Source: a bacterium (GTDB taxonomy: Bacteria > Hinthialibacterota > Hinthialibacteria > Hinthialibacterales > Hinthialibacteraceae). From it: a stretch of 64,000 nucleotides of DNA. The notes under the pieces are model-generated. The model did not search any database, was not told the origin of the DNA, and was given only the letters and a program-made list of their open reading frames with translations. The first letter of the stretch is position 1; each line of letters begins with the position of its first letter. Positions 1 to 11,500 of the stretch are shown piece by piece. Position numbers and translations under genes: made by a program. The stretch spans positions 1,184,001 through 1,248,000 of the forward strand of contig CAXXMV010000002.1 in the NCBI GenBank assembly GCA_963662285.2. The letters are read 5' to 3'.

Positions 1-945
1 AAGCTCGCCAGTAGCGCAGAATGGATATCTTGTGCTTTCCAATTCTACCTGGTTTTTGTTAGAGGAAAGGACGCTGTGTCCATCAGAAGATTCAGCTTTT
101 CCAGTAGCAAGGTCAAGTGAGATGTTGGCGATCTCGCCATCCAATCCCATGGCTTCTAGAAAAGCATAAGCCATCACTAGTTGACCAGCCCATCCGGGAT
201 GAACGCCATCTTTACCTGAGATCATGTAATCGGAACCATATTCCTGTTTGGCGTTGAATCCTTCGACCAGCATTGGCAGGAATATATCGGCAAAACGTAC
301 TTTCTCTTCGAGCGCAAGACGCACATCAATATTACGCAACTCCAAAAGACTGAGATTCAGGTCTTTGATAGTACCCTGGGCCTGTTTCACCCATGAGGGC
401 ATTTTGCCGACTGTCCCGGCAGATCCCTGAATTACCCGCACGTTATTTTCTTTGAACATGCGTATGATGGCTTGGGAACTTTCGCGGTATTTGTCGCCGA
501 ACTCGGTTTTATATGGTTGATAGCGGTGGTCGTTCATGCCATAGCACGTTGTAGCGATGGTTGGATCGAAGCGCAAGCAGTCATTCTTCATTCGATTCAA
601 GAAGCCCGGCGCCTGCTCTCCGCTCCAGCCGAATTGGCGGACGGTGATTTCTAATTGAGGTACGCAAACCGTCAGATAGGTTTCCATGATGCGGGAATAC
701 ATTTTTTGCTCGGTTATGGAGTCGCCGCAAATAGCCAGACGGTCTCTCTTTTTTAGAAATAAACCTTCGGTTTGAGGCGCTTTGATCGGTTTGAACGCGG
801 CGAAGTATGGATCAGACGGCAGCGGCGCCAGTTCCTCGGCGAATAAAGGCGCGATCGGGACTATCACCAACAATAACAATAATGTTATTATGGTTTTTTG
901 GATGATAGAAAACGTGAACATTTTTTTCTGGTTCATTGCGGACAT
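1..945 (-). CDS. Secreted SGNH/GDSL hydrolase (3' end outside window)
   Basis: Not in ORF track. Manual minus-strand translation from ATG 945 (AGGAG RBS at 956-960): signal peptide, block I ICGDSITEQKMY, block V DGVHPGWAGQ near 185-210; frame stays open to the window edge. Confidence 0.85.
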   Translation of the reverse strand, partial: MSAMNQKKMFTFSIIQKTIITLLLLLVIVPIAPLFAEELAPLPSDPYFAAFKPIKAPQTEGLFLKKRDRLAICGDSITEQKMYSRIMETYLTVCVPQLEITVRQFGWSGEQAPGFLNRMKNDCLRFDPTIATTCYGMNDHRYQPYKTEFGDKYRESSQAIIRMFKENNVRVIQGSAGTVGKMPSWVKQAQGTIKDLNLSLLELRNIDVRLALEEKVRFADIFLPMLVEGFNAKQEYGSDYMISGKDGVHPGWAGQLVMAYAFLEAMGLDGEIANISLDLATGKAESSDGHSVLSSNKNQVELESTRYPFCATGEL

Positions 946-1053
946 TAGCTGATTACTCCTTGTGGATTATTGTGTTAAATTAAAAAAATGGTATGAGACA
1001 TAAAAAGTTTACTAAAAATATAGGGAAAAGATAAGTAGAAGGAAGGTATTGAA

Positions 1054-3657
1054 ATGACTATGTTAAGAACCAGAGGTAAGCGGAATTCATGCGCCATAAT
1101 TTTGTTTTTAATGGTTATGTGTTGTTTTTATATTGGTAATGTTCATAGCGCAAGTGATAACTGGCCTTTTGCGATCACCGCGCAACACCATCCTGGAACC
1201 TATTGGTGGGCGCCTGGAAGCGCGTGGGATAAAGAGAGCATTGATTGGAATTTGGAAAAACTCAAAGAGGGCGGCATCTATACGGTGCATATTGTTCCAA
1301 TATATGGCGCCAAAGGATATGAAGACCGGTATATTCCCTTTTTATCTGATAAGTGGGTGGATTCACTGCAATATATTTTGCAAAAGGCCGATTCGCTGGG
1401 TATGCAGGTCGATATGACTACTGGCACCGGGTGGTGCTTTGGCGGGCCTGATTTAGATAAGAACCATGTTGATATGAGGGGCAGCCTGGATGAAAACACA
1501 GGTGAGTTGAAGATAGCCACTAACCGCATGGTCAAACGAGCCGCGCCGGGCGGCGCCGGGCACATGCTTAATCCATTTTCTCATGCAGCAATCGCTTCAT
1601 ATCTCGAAAGATTCGACAAGGCGCTGGAAAAATGCGATGTGCTGCCGCGAGCTCAGTATCATGACTCGTTCGAGTACAACGCCAACTGGTGCGAAGAGAT
1701 GCCGGATGAGTTTCTGAAAAGGCGGGGATACGAACTTACTCCTCATATCAAGACATTGTTTGGCAATGATGAAACAATAGAAAACACCTCCCGCATCAAA
1801 TATGACTACCGCTTGACGGCAGCCGAGTTGCATCAGGAGTTTATCCAATATTGGGCTGATTGGGCTAAATCAAAGGGCATGTTAACCAGGGATCAAGCCC
1901 ATGGCGCCCCCGCGAACCTGCTGGATGTTTACGCCACAGCGGATATACCAGAAACCGAGATGTTCGGTTCGCCGCAGTTTCCTATTCCCGGTTTTCGCCA
2001 GGAAGAGCAGTTTTGCCGCCCCAGCGACTCTGATTCCCGTATATGCCGCATGGCGTCATCGGCGGCTCATGTTGCGCACGAACCGGGCAAGCAACTGGTC
2101 TCATCAGAAAGTTGCACCTGGATGCGCGAACATTGGCATGGCACGCTGGGGCAGATCAAGTTGGAGATGGACTTGTTTTTCCTGGTGGGCATTAACCATG
2201 TGATCTATCATGGCTCATGTTATTCGGCCAAGGATGCGCCCTGGCCGGGTTGGTTCTTCTACGCATCGACCAAAGCGGATTGGCGCAATGCAATATGGCG
2301 CGACATGCCGCTGCTCAATGTATACATAGCCCGATGCCAATCAATGCTGCAAGCCGGACAGCCAGCCAATGACGTACTGATTTATTGGCCTATACATGAT
2401 CTTTGGATGGATGCCAAAGGTCTTTTGAAAAACCTGACGGTTCATGATCATCAATGGTTGGGCGAGAGCAGTTTAGGCGACGTCGCCAGCCTACTCGATA
2501 AAAAAGGTTATACATTTGATTACATTTCAGACCAAATGCTGGGGCGGATTAAATGTGAAAACGGAGAATTATCGGCGCCAGGCGGCGACTACAAGGTTAT
2601 TGTCGTACCTAAATGCCGCTATATGCCAGCAGATACTATGAATCAGCTTGCCAAACTTTCACAGCAGGGCGCCAAGATAATTTTTGAGGGTGAATTACCC
2701 GCCGATGTTCCTGGTCTTTCCGGCCTGGAAAAAAATCGCGATAGTTTCGCTAAACAAAAGGCGCGTTTGAAGAATGCAATAATCACCAATGATGTGGTTG
2801 CTGGTCTAATCCAAACAGGCGTTAAATCTGAATCTATGGTGAATCATGGGTTGCGCTTTATCCGGCGCAAGACATCTGACGCCTACTGGTATTTTATCGC
2901 CAACCATACGGAACGCGCATTTAATGGATGGCTTGATCTATCATCACCCTTCGCCTCGGCTGTTATACATGACCCCATGACTGGCGCGGAAGCGTTGGCG
3001 CCTACAAGAATGCAGGGAGAATCCAAACAGATATATCTGGATATCGCTCCCGGCCAATCCCTGATTATCCAGGCCAGTTCAATTCAAGAGGATGCGGCGC
3101 CTTATGTTGCGCTGAAACCGACGGGTAAGGAATTTATTCTTTCCGGCAAGTGGGAAATTGAGTTCATCGACGGTGGACCTGAACTACCGCAACCTTATAG
3201 CGCGGATTCGCTGTCATGCTGGACTAACGCTCCTGATAAGAAAGCTCAAGCCTTCGCCGGAACCGCCCGTTATAAACTGGCTTTTGACCTGCCGGACATG
3301 GACGAGGCTGATGAATATCTGCTTGATCTGGGCGATGTGCGTGAATCGGCGCGGGTGAAAATTAACGGGGAGACGGCGGCTGAACTTTTCGCTTTACCCA
3401 TGAGCGCCTGTGTTGGAAAATATTTGCGCAAAGGCGGTAACACGATTGAGATTGAAGTGACCAATCTATCGGCCAACCGCATACGGGATTTGAGTTTACG
3501 CAAAGTTGATTGGCAGATTATGAACGAGATCAACATCGTTAACCAGCATTACAAAAAGTTTGATGCTACTCAATGGCCTTTGCAGCCATCAGGTTTATTG
3601 GGTCCGGTTACTTTGAAAGCGATGGAGAAGGTCACTTTCATAATTGGGAAGATGTGA
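1054..3657 (+). CDS. Glycoside hydrolase family 106 (alpha-L-rhamnosidase-like), secreted
   Basis: Motifs PGTYWWAPGSA, TGTGWCFGGP, HDSFE, DIPETE, SSAAH, GINHVIYHG, C-terminal LDLGDVRESA...GLLGPV; signal peptide. Confidence 0.85.
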   Translation: MTMLRTRGKRNSCAIILFLMVMCCFYIGNVHSASDNWPFAITAQHHPGTYWWAPGSAWDKESIDWNLEKLKEGGIYTVHIVPIYGAKGYEDRYIPFLSDKWVDSLQYILQKADSLGMQVDMTTGTGWCFGGPDLDKNHVDMRGSLDENTGELKIATNRMVKRAAPGGAGHMLNPFSHAAIASYLERFDKALEKCDVLPRAQYHDSFEYNANWCEEMPDEFLKRRGYELTPHIKTLFGNDETIENTSRIKYDYRLTAAELHQEFIQYWADWAKSKGMLTRDQAHGAPANLLDVYATADIPETEMFGSPQFPIPGFRQEEQFCRPSDSDSRICRMASSAAHVAHEPGKQLVSSESCTWMREHWHGTLGQIKLEMDLFFLVGINHVIYHGSCYSAKDAPWPGWFFYASTKADWRNAIWRDMPLLNVYIARCQSMLQAGQPANDVLIYWPIHDLWMDAKGLLKNLTVHDHQWLGESSLGDVASLLDKKGYTFDYISDQMLGRIKCENGELSAPGGDYKVIVVPKCRYMPADTMNQLAKLSQQGAKIIFEGELPADVPGLSGLEKNRDSFAKQKARLKNAIITNDVVAGLIQTGVKSESMVNHGLRFIRRKTSDAYWYFIANHTERAFNGWLDLSSPFASAVIHDPMTGAEALAPTRMQGESKQIYLDIAPGQSLIIQASSIQEDAAPYVALKPTGKEFILSGKWEIEFIDGGPELPQPYSADSLSCWTNAPDKKAQAFAGTARYKLAFDLPDMDEADEYLLDLGDVRESARVKINGETAAELFALPMSACVGKYLRKGGNTIEIEVTNLSANRIRDLSLRKVDWQIMNEINIVNQHYKKFDATQWPLQPSGLLGPVTLKAMEKVTFIIGKM

Positions 3658-3702
3658 CAAAGGGATGTTTGAAAATCTAACCTTAAATATTGAGTAATAA
3701 AG

Positions 3703-3738
3703 TCCCCTTGCCCTCCGGGAGAGGATGAGGGTGAGGGC
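3703..3738 (+). repeat. Degenerate copy of the CCCTCTCCC..GGGAGAGG..AGGGTGAGGG intergenic hairpin repeat
   Basis: tccccttgccctccgggagaggatgagggtgagggc; related copies at 27228-27256, 47942-47982 and the interrupted copy at 22379/23900. Confidence 0.6.
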
Positions 3739-3771
3739 GAAATTAGACGTATTCCTTTAGGAAATTACACT

Positions 3772-5076
3772 ATGAACAATAGTATTGACCGTAGAAAGTT
3801 TTTCACCCTCAGCGCTATGTCCACTTTGGCTATCCAAACCTCCAGGATGGCCAATTCTTCTGTTAATCAAGATAAACCAGTGCGGATTGGTATGATTGGC
3901 ATGGGGAATCGAGGTTGTAGTCTTTTGGGTATACTTTTGGAGTTGAAAAACGTAGAAATCCCCGCGATATGCGATATAAGGCCGGAACGGTTGGATTACG
4001 CTAATTCACTATTTGAAAAAGCAGGGCATCAGCAACCTGAGATATATAGCCAGAACGAGTATGCCTTCGAGAAGGTAAACAGCCGGGATGATTTGGATGC
4101 AATAATTATCGCAACCCCCTGGGATTGGCATACCAAAATGGCGGTTTCCGCTATGAAATCAGGCAAATATGTTGGCGTGGAAGTGCCTGCCGCAGTTACG
4201 GTTGATGAATGCTGGGAGTTGGTTAATACAGCAGAGGATACCGGCGTCCCCTGTATGATGCTGGAAAACTGGAGTTTCAGGCGCGACAACCTGGCTTTAT
4301 TGAATATGATTCGTGAGGGGCTGCTGGGTGAAACGGTTCATGCTCAATGCTCCTATTCCCATGATTGCGTAACCTATTTCTTCGATAAGAATGGCAAGCC
4401 GCGTTGGCAGGGCGAGTTTCTTATCAAACATAATCGCGATCCCTATCCCACTCACGGCTTGGGACCTGTTTTGAGTTGGATGAACATCAATTGCGGCGAC
4501 CGGTTTGATACTCTGGTCTCAGTTTCGAGTGGTTCTTTCGGCGTAAATCAGTATTATGAAGACCATTTTAAGCAGGATGGCTCTGTGGAAGTTCCCAAGA
4601 CGAAGCAGGGTGATATTGTCAACACAATTGTGAAAACCAAAAAAGGTAAGACTATTTATATTACAAATGATATGCTGTTGCCGCGTCCTTATGATAACCG
4701 CTGGATGATTCAGGGAACCAAAGGCATTTATTCCTATGAACGCAATTCCATTTATCTAGAGGGGAAAAGTCCACAATCTCATACTTGGGAACCGTTTGCT
4801 CCATACCAGGATAAGTATGATCATCGCTGGTGGAAAGACGCTCCCGATAATGTTGAACAACTGGGTCATGGCGGGCCGGATTATCTGGAATTGGCCGGAT
4901 TTGTAAAAGCGGTTCGTAATAAGACTACCCTTCCATTGGATATTTATGATTCAGTCACCATGAGTTCTGTGGTTGCCTTATCAGAGCAATCAATCGCGCA
5001 AAATAACGCTTCAGTGCAATGCCCTGATTTTACCCGTGGCAAATGGAAGATCAATCCACCTCGATTTGGAGTGTAA
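3772..5076 (+). CDS. Tat-exported Gfo/Idh/MocA oxidoreductase, GH109-like NAD-dependent glycosidase
   Basis: DRRKFF twin-Arg signal, GMIGMGNRG Rossmann motif, IATPWDWH, EVPAA, MMLEN, YPTHGLGP, GHGGPDY, PDFTRGKW. Confidence 0.85.
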   Translation: MNNSIDRRKFFTLSAMSTLAIQTSRMANSSVNQDKPVRIGMIGMGNRGCSLLGILLELKNVEIPAICDIRPERLDYANSLFEKAGHQQPEIYSQNEYAFEKVNSRDDLDAIIIATPWDWHTKMAVSAMKSGKYVGVEVPAAVTVDECWELVNTAEDTGVPCMMLENWSFRRDNLALLNMIREGLLGETVHAQCSYSHDCVTYFFDKNGKPRWQGEFLIKHNRDPYPTHGLGPVLSWMNINCGDRFDTLVSVSSGSFGVNQYYEDHFKQDGSVEVPKTKQGDIVNTIVKTKKGKTIYITNDMLLPRPYDNRWMIQGTKGIYSYERNSIYLEGKSPQSHTWEPFAPYQDKYDHRWWKDAPDNVEQLGHGGPDYLELAGFVKAVRNKTTLPLDIYDSVTMSSVVALSEQSIAQNNASVQCPDFTRGKWKINPPRFGV

Positions 5077-5381
5077 ATTTCAAAAATAACATGGCATTTT
5101 CTTTTTAGCAGTTACAATTACCATTTAAGTACTTTCTGAAAATGGGATGTAAATTGGCTGTATTTTTTATTGATTATGTAATGCTTTCTTAATTTTTTTG
5201 TAAAAATATTAATTTGGATTTTAATGTGCGTTTATATTTAATGGCGCGTATTGACCTCATATATATTTAACATCCTCAAAATTAAAGACATATATACACG
5301 TAATGGATTTTCTGTTTTGTGTAATGTAATAATGCATTAGGTTTTATATAGCAAAATAACGTTACCAAGTGCAAAATAGTA

Positions 5382-5409
5382 TTGACATTTTACTTGCTTT
5401 AGTTAAGAT
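5382..5409 (+). promoter_or_regulatory. Putative sigma70 promoter of the giant protease gene
   Basis: TTGACA (5382), 16 nt, TAAGAT (5404) in an AT-rich intergenic region. Confidence 0.5.
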
Positions 5410-5523
5410 ATTTATAGGATTAGTATCAAATAGATTCATGAAAAACATTTATTGATTTGTTATTGGCCACAGGGTGGATCGTAAGGGTTCGATAAAATCC
5501 ACATTAATTTGAGGTTGGAGACT

Positions 5524-8500
5524 ATGAGACGATTATTATTACAAGCGGTAATGGGTTTATTCGTTTTGAGCGTTGGCCTCTATGCAGGCGCTCAAGAGAA
5601 GGTGTTTACTCTCGCGGGAAACGGGACCAGCGGGTTTTTGGGTGACGGAGGATCAGCGCTTCAAGCCCGGTTATCTTCCCCATACGATGTTGCGGTGAAT
5701 AGTAATGGGGACGTCTTTATTGTTGATCATGGCAATAATCGCGTTCGTATGGTTAATGCTGCGGGCATCATCACCACCATCGCAGGAAACGGCAGCGCTG
5801 GTTATAGTGGAGACGGCGGCAGCGGAACAGCCGCTGCGTTGAACCGTCCCTATGGTTTGTGCGTCGATGCGATTGGAAATGTTTATATCGCCGACACATT
5901 CAATAACGTGATCCGTAAAGTCGACTTCAATGGAATTATTACTACAGTTGTCGGCAATGGCGATCAGGGTTATGAAGGCGACGATGGGAGCGCATTAAAC
6001 GCAAAACTTAATAATCCCTTCGGCGTGTCTATTGATAATGCAGGAAATTTACTTATTTCAGATACTGGCAACCATGTAGTCCGCATGGTGAATCCCAATG
6101 GAATTATCACGACTATCGCTGGTAATGGATTAGTGGGATATACCGGTGATGGTTTGCCCGCGACGGATGCTCGTATTAGCAATCCTCTATATGTTAATGT
6201 CTCTGTAACAGGTGAAATTTATATTGCCGATTCAGGCAATAATGTAATTCGTAAAGTAAACAGCCAGGGATTGATCTTCACCGTTGCTGGTGATGGTGAA
6301 GAAGGTTATGCGGGTGATGACGGTCAGGCGTCAAACGCCAAACTGACTAATCCCAGTGGAATAGCCTTTGATGGCGATGGAGATTTGCTTATCGCCGATA
6401 CAGGAAACCATGTGCTGCGTAAAGTTGATTCCAATGGAATCATTACTACTATTGCCGGCGCAGGAATTGCCGGATATGCAGGAGATGGCGGAATCCCAAG
6501 CAACGCAAAATTTGATAATCCAGTGCGCGTCATTATTGATGCCAACGGTCAAATATTTATTGCGGATATGAAAAATAATCGCGTCCGCTATATCACTCCA
6601 ACCGCTCCTTTGTCAGTCGAAGCAGGAGATGACCGGGTTGCTTTTGTTAATGATGCCACGCAACTTGACGCCAGCGCCTCAGGTGGAAGCGGCAACTATA
6701 GTTACTCGTGGAGTATTCTTTCCGGACCGAATGCCAGTTTGGCTCAGTTATCATCTTCAGTTGATGAAGATCCTATTATTACGCCGACTCATGCCGGCGT
6801 CTATGTGCTTCAAGTAGAAGTTAGCGACGGTGTTAATTCGCCGTTTGTCGATACTACAACTGTCCTGGTATTCAATCCCATTCCAGTGAATACCGTTATT
6901 ATTAATGATACAATTTCAACCCTGGATGACCTAAGTAATAGTATCGATTATGATGATGCGGATGAGCGCGCCTTGGTTATCCGCTGGAATCTGGATACAA
7001 CTCAGATTAAGCCTGAAGACGTCAGCGACATCAGCGTCTTCGTCAGCGTGGATGGCGGCGGCTATGTATTATTGGGCAGCGCGGGCAACGGCGTCTCTTC
7101 GTATATGAAATGGGAAGAGTCTTCCTCTGATCTGATTGAGCCGGAATTCCAAAGCGGTCCTCAGTTCGACAAGAGTTATAAGTTCCGCTTGTTCGTTTCG
7201 ACGCTGAGCGGTAATCCGCAGTTCTTCGGCCCGTTTGACACCGCTGGCGCCGTATCATTCAAGGAAGGCCTTGATCCAGAACCGACGCCAACCTTTACTC
7301 CGGTTCCGGTAGTTCCCACATCAACGCCGACTGTGGTAGAAGAACCTACTTCAACTCCAACTCCAGGGGAAGAGCCGACATTGACTCCTACTCCGGAAGA
7401 AGAACCTACAGCAACTCCGGTTTTGCCGACTCCAACTCCAGAAGAAGAGCCGACTGCAACTGCAACTCCGGATGTACAACCAACATCAACTCCTACTCCG
7501 GAAGAGGAACCGACGGCAACAGCTACCCCAGATGGAGAAGCCACGCCAACTGCTACTCCAGATGTGGAACCAACTGCTACGGCGACCCCGGATAGTGAAG
7601 CAACGCCAACAGCTACTCCGGAAGAAGAAGCGACTGCGACTCCGACTCCCGAAGAGCCGACTGCAACGCCGACCGCAACGCCGACCTGGACGCCGACCAA
7701 TACTCCAACGCCGACTGAAACCCCCGTACCGGGTGATCCTGAAATTCGGGTTGATCCGGAAACGCTGGAATTTACCCGCGAGGTAAACTCTTCAGTTAAT
7801 GTTAAGGAACAGGCTTCATTGCAGCAATCCGCGCCTCAGTCGCCCAATTTTGATTGGCAAATATTATTGAAGAGCGGCGTTGTTAATCCTGATTCGTTCT
7901 CTTCAAAATCCATTAGTCCATTCTCAACTCCACAGAAAAGCGGAACTGTTCAGCACATGCTGTTGCAGTTTAACAAAATTCCGTCATGGAAAGAGCAACA
8001 AGAGTTAGCGCAGCGCGGCATCCTCTTGCTGCAATATATCCCCCGTTTTGCTTATTGGGCGGCAGTGAGTTCGGATGGGTCTCCATTATCCTCTTCAGCC
8101 GTAAAGAACAAGGCTATTAGATGGATGGCGCATTCCAGTCAGATTAATCGACTGGCGCCGGAAGCTGCTGCCGGAGTATTCCCGCCCAACGCAATTATGG
8201 AAGATGGCCGCGTACAGGTCGTAGTGACTACCTTCAACGATATACAGAAGGCCGCGGCAAATAGCGCGATTGGTAAAAAAGGTGGAGAGATTATTGAGTG
8301 GATCAATGACAATTTAGTTCTGGTCGCTATCCGCTTTGAACGATTGAAAGCTCTGGCCGGACTGGATGAAGTTGAATGGGTTGAGCCGGCGCCTGCTCCT
8401 AACGAAACGGTTAATGCTACCGCATCGCAGCGGATTAATGCTACTGATTTAAGAACATTACCCTATGATGTAAATGGCAAGGGTGTCGTGGTCGGCGTAT

Positions 8501-11500
8501 GGGATGCCGGTCCGATTTATACCCATCCCGATTTCGGATCGCGTTTGACTGTAGTGGATTCAAGCAAGCCGGTTCATTATCATGCCACTCATGTCGGCGG
8601 AACCATTGGCGGCAATGCCGCTTCCGGCCAGACCAATGCGCTTGGCATGGCGCCCAGCGTCTTTATCCGTTCTTACGATTGGGACCTGGATACCTCAGAA
8701 ATGTCAAGCGGTTATGATGCCGGAATCCGGTTATCGAACCATTCTTATGGTGAAGTTGTCGGTTATTATTGGGATTCCGTTAAACAACAGATGGAATTCC
8801 TGGCTAATACATACCGGTTCGGTTTATATTCATCCGGTTCAGCTGCGTTTGATAGCGTCGTCTATGATAAAGGTTTGTTGGTCTTCAAGGCGGCAGGCAA
8901 CGACCGCGGCGAAGGCGATGGACCCTATGATACTATCCCCCCAAGAGGAGTAGCCAAGAATGTTATTACTATTGGAGCAACTGACGATAGCGACGGTATG
9001 TCTACCTTTAGCAGCTGGGGGCCGGTGGATGATGGCCGGGTTAAACCTGATCTCTGCGCCAATGGCGTTGGCCTTTATTCCACAATGCCCGACGGTAGTT
9101 TCGCAAGTTTATCAGGAACCTCAATGGCGTCTCCCAGCGCATGCGGCGCAGGCGCGCTCTTATTCCAACTTTATCAGAAAGAATTAAGTGACGAACCCGA
9201 TCCTGCTGTAATTAAAGCATTAATGATTCACGGTGCGGATGATTTAGGACGAACCGGACCGGATTATACCTACGGTTGGGGATTAATTAACGCCAAGACC
9301 AGCGCCGATTTAATTCTTGAAAGAATGTGGCGTGAGGGTTCGGTTTCAAATAGTAGTTTAGCTCCTTATACGTTATCGGTTCCCGCTGGTTCATCAGAAC
9401 TAAAAGTAACATTGGTTTGGACTGATGTTCCCGGATCGCCTTCAGCCAGCAAAGCTCTGGTAAACGATCTGGATTTGGTTTTGAAATCTCCCGATGGTAC
9501 AGTATATCGTCCCTGGGTGCTGGATAAGAATAATCCCACCAGTAATGCAACCACTGGCGTTAATACCGTTGATAATGTTGAGCAAGTGCTCATCGCCAGT
9601 CCAGCAGCTGGTAGTTGGACAATCGAAATTCAAGGGACGTCAATTCCCGGAGGCGCCAGTGATTACGCCGTCGTCACGGAAATGTTCCAAAGCGTAGACG
9701 ATTCTCAATCCTTCAGGATTTATAATGATGGCGATGGAACGCTTAATCTGGAATCAATGTCAGTTGAAGATGGCGGCTGGATCAACTTATCGCCGGATGC
9801 CCCTCTCAGCATCGCTCCAGGTCAGTTCCAGAAATTTGACGTGTGGATAAACTTCGACCAGACTCCCTATGGTGAATCTACACGGCAGATTGTAATATCG
9901 TCCAACGATGCGGATGAAAGTCCTTATGCGACTGGCGTTTATGTGACGGTTAATAATAATGCCACGCCAACGCCGACTCCTACCGTTACTCCTGAGCCTG
10001 TACCGACTGCCACGCCAACGCCCGCTCCGGCATTTCCGATCATACGGATCGAGCCGTTGACATTGAATTACGTCTATTCAGGAAATGTATCATTATTTAA
10101 CTCTGCTTTATCATTACCGGGCAGCGCTAATGCTCCTTCTGCATCAATCAACGCCGAGACGCCTGATTTTGATATTGCCGATACAACGCCCGACGGTCGC
10201 GTCCTGGTATGGATTTCATTTGAACCGGGAACCGATCTGAATGCCTTACGGCAAGAGATAGAAGCCAGAGGCGATGAGATCATAACCTTGACGCCTGAAG
10301 GGAAAATATTGATTGCCGTTCTTCCTGAGAACCTGTTATCAATGTCCGGCGTTGATGGCGTCGATGGCGTTGCGCCAGCCCTGCCCCGCACTGATTCGAT
10401 AACTGAGGCGCCTGCGCTTGATGAACCTTTCCTGGGCGCAGCTCAGCCATCCCAAGCAGATCAGGCGGTGCTTGATTCACTCTTTGAAGATGTTTCTTCG
10501 GTTCAGCCCAATGCGCTTTCCGTGATGAGGGCCAATCTTGATGGTCAAGACATGTTACCGGCTTCAGCGGATAACACTCTATCCAAATATTTCCCGCCGA
10601 TAAGAAGCCAGGGAGGTCAAGGATCATGCACAGCATGGGCGGCGTGTTATTATTACAACACCTTTACCCAGGCTTCTGATGAAGATCACGATGTTTCAAC
10701 TGGTAATAATGACTATATTTGCAGCCCGGGATTCATGTATCCGCTAGTTAACGGCGGCGGTGATAACGGCGCCTATACCTCTTATGTTGTTTCCCGCTTA
10801 AATGATATCGGCTGCGCCAGCTGGACGGAGAAACCGTATTCTGACAGAGACTATTCTTCTTGGCCCAGTGAAGCAGCCTGGCTGGATGCGTTGAAATACC
10901 GGACTAAATCCAGCAAACAAATATATGTAAACAGTTTAGAAAAAGTTCTTGAGTTGAAACAGCATCTTGCCAACGGTAAAATCGCCGCAACTCAAACTCC
11001 GGTTTATACTAACTGGTATTACTGGAAAGATAATCAGAATCGCGGCATTCAGAATGGCGTGCTCTTCTCTCACGCTGGGGAAACTTTAGTTGGTTATCAT
11101 GCCATGACAGTGGTGGGCTATGATGATGAACGAACTTTCAACACCGGTTCGGGAACCAGCAAGGGCGCCTTCCTGATCGCCAACTCATGGGGTCAGTGGG
11201 GAACCTACAATAGCCAGGGCAGCGGAAGCCGTGGGTTTATGTGGGTCTCCTATGATTACTTCATGACCGTCTTCCGCTATGCATGGTATAACGAAGACCG
11301 TGATGATTATCGTCCATCACTCTATGCCGCAACGGGAATGAATCACTCCAACCGTATTCAAGTGGCCTATAAAGGTATAGTCGGTACTCCTGAATCAAGT
11401 CAATGGACTTCGCATAGAGCGCTTGATCAGACTACTGGTAAGCCTAGCGGTAGTGCGTACTCAATGACGTCAACCAACCGGGTGATCGTCGATATGACTG

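Noticed and set aside
7176-7700. Minus-strand Val/Gly-rich ORFs (also 11889-12401)
   Set aside because: Antisense shadows of the Pro/Thr linkers.
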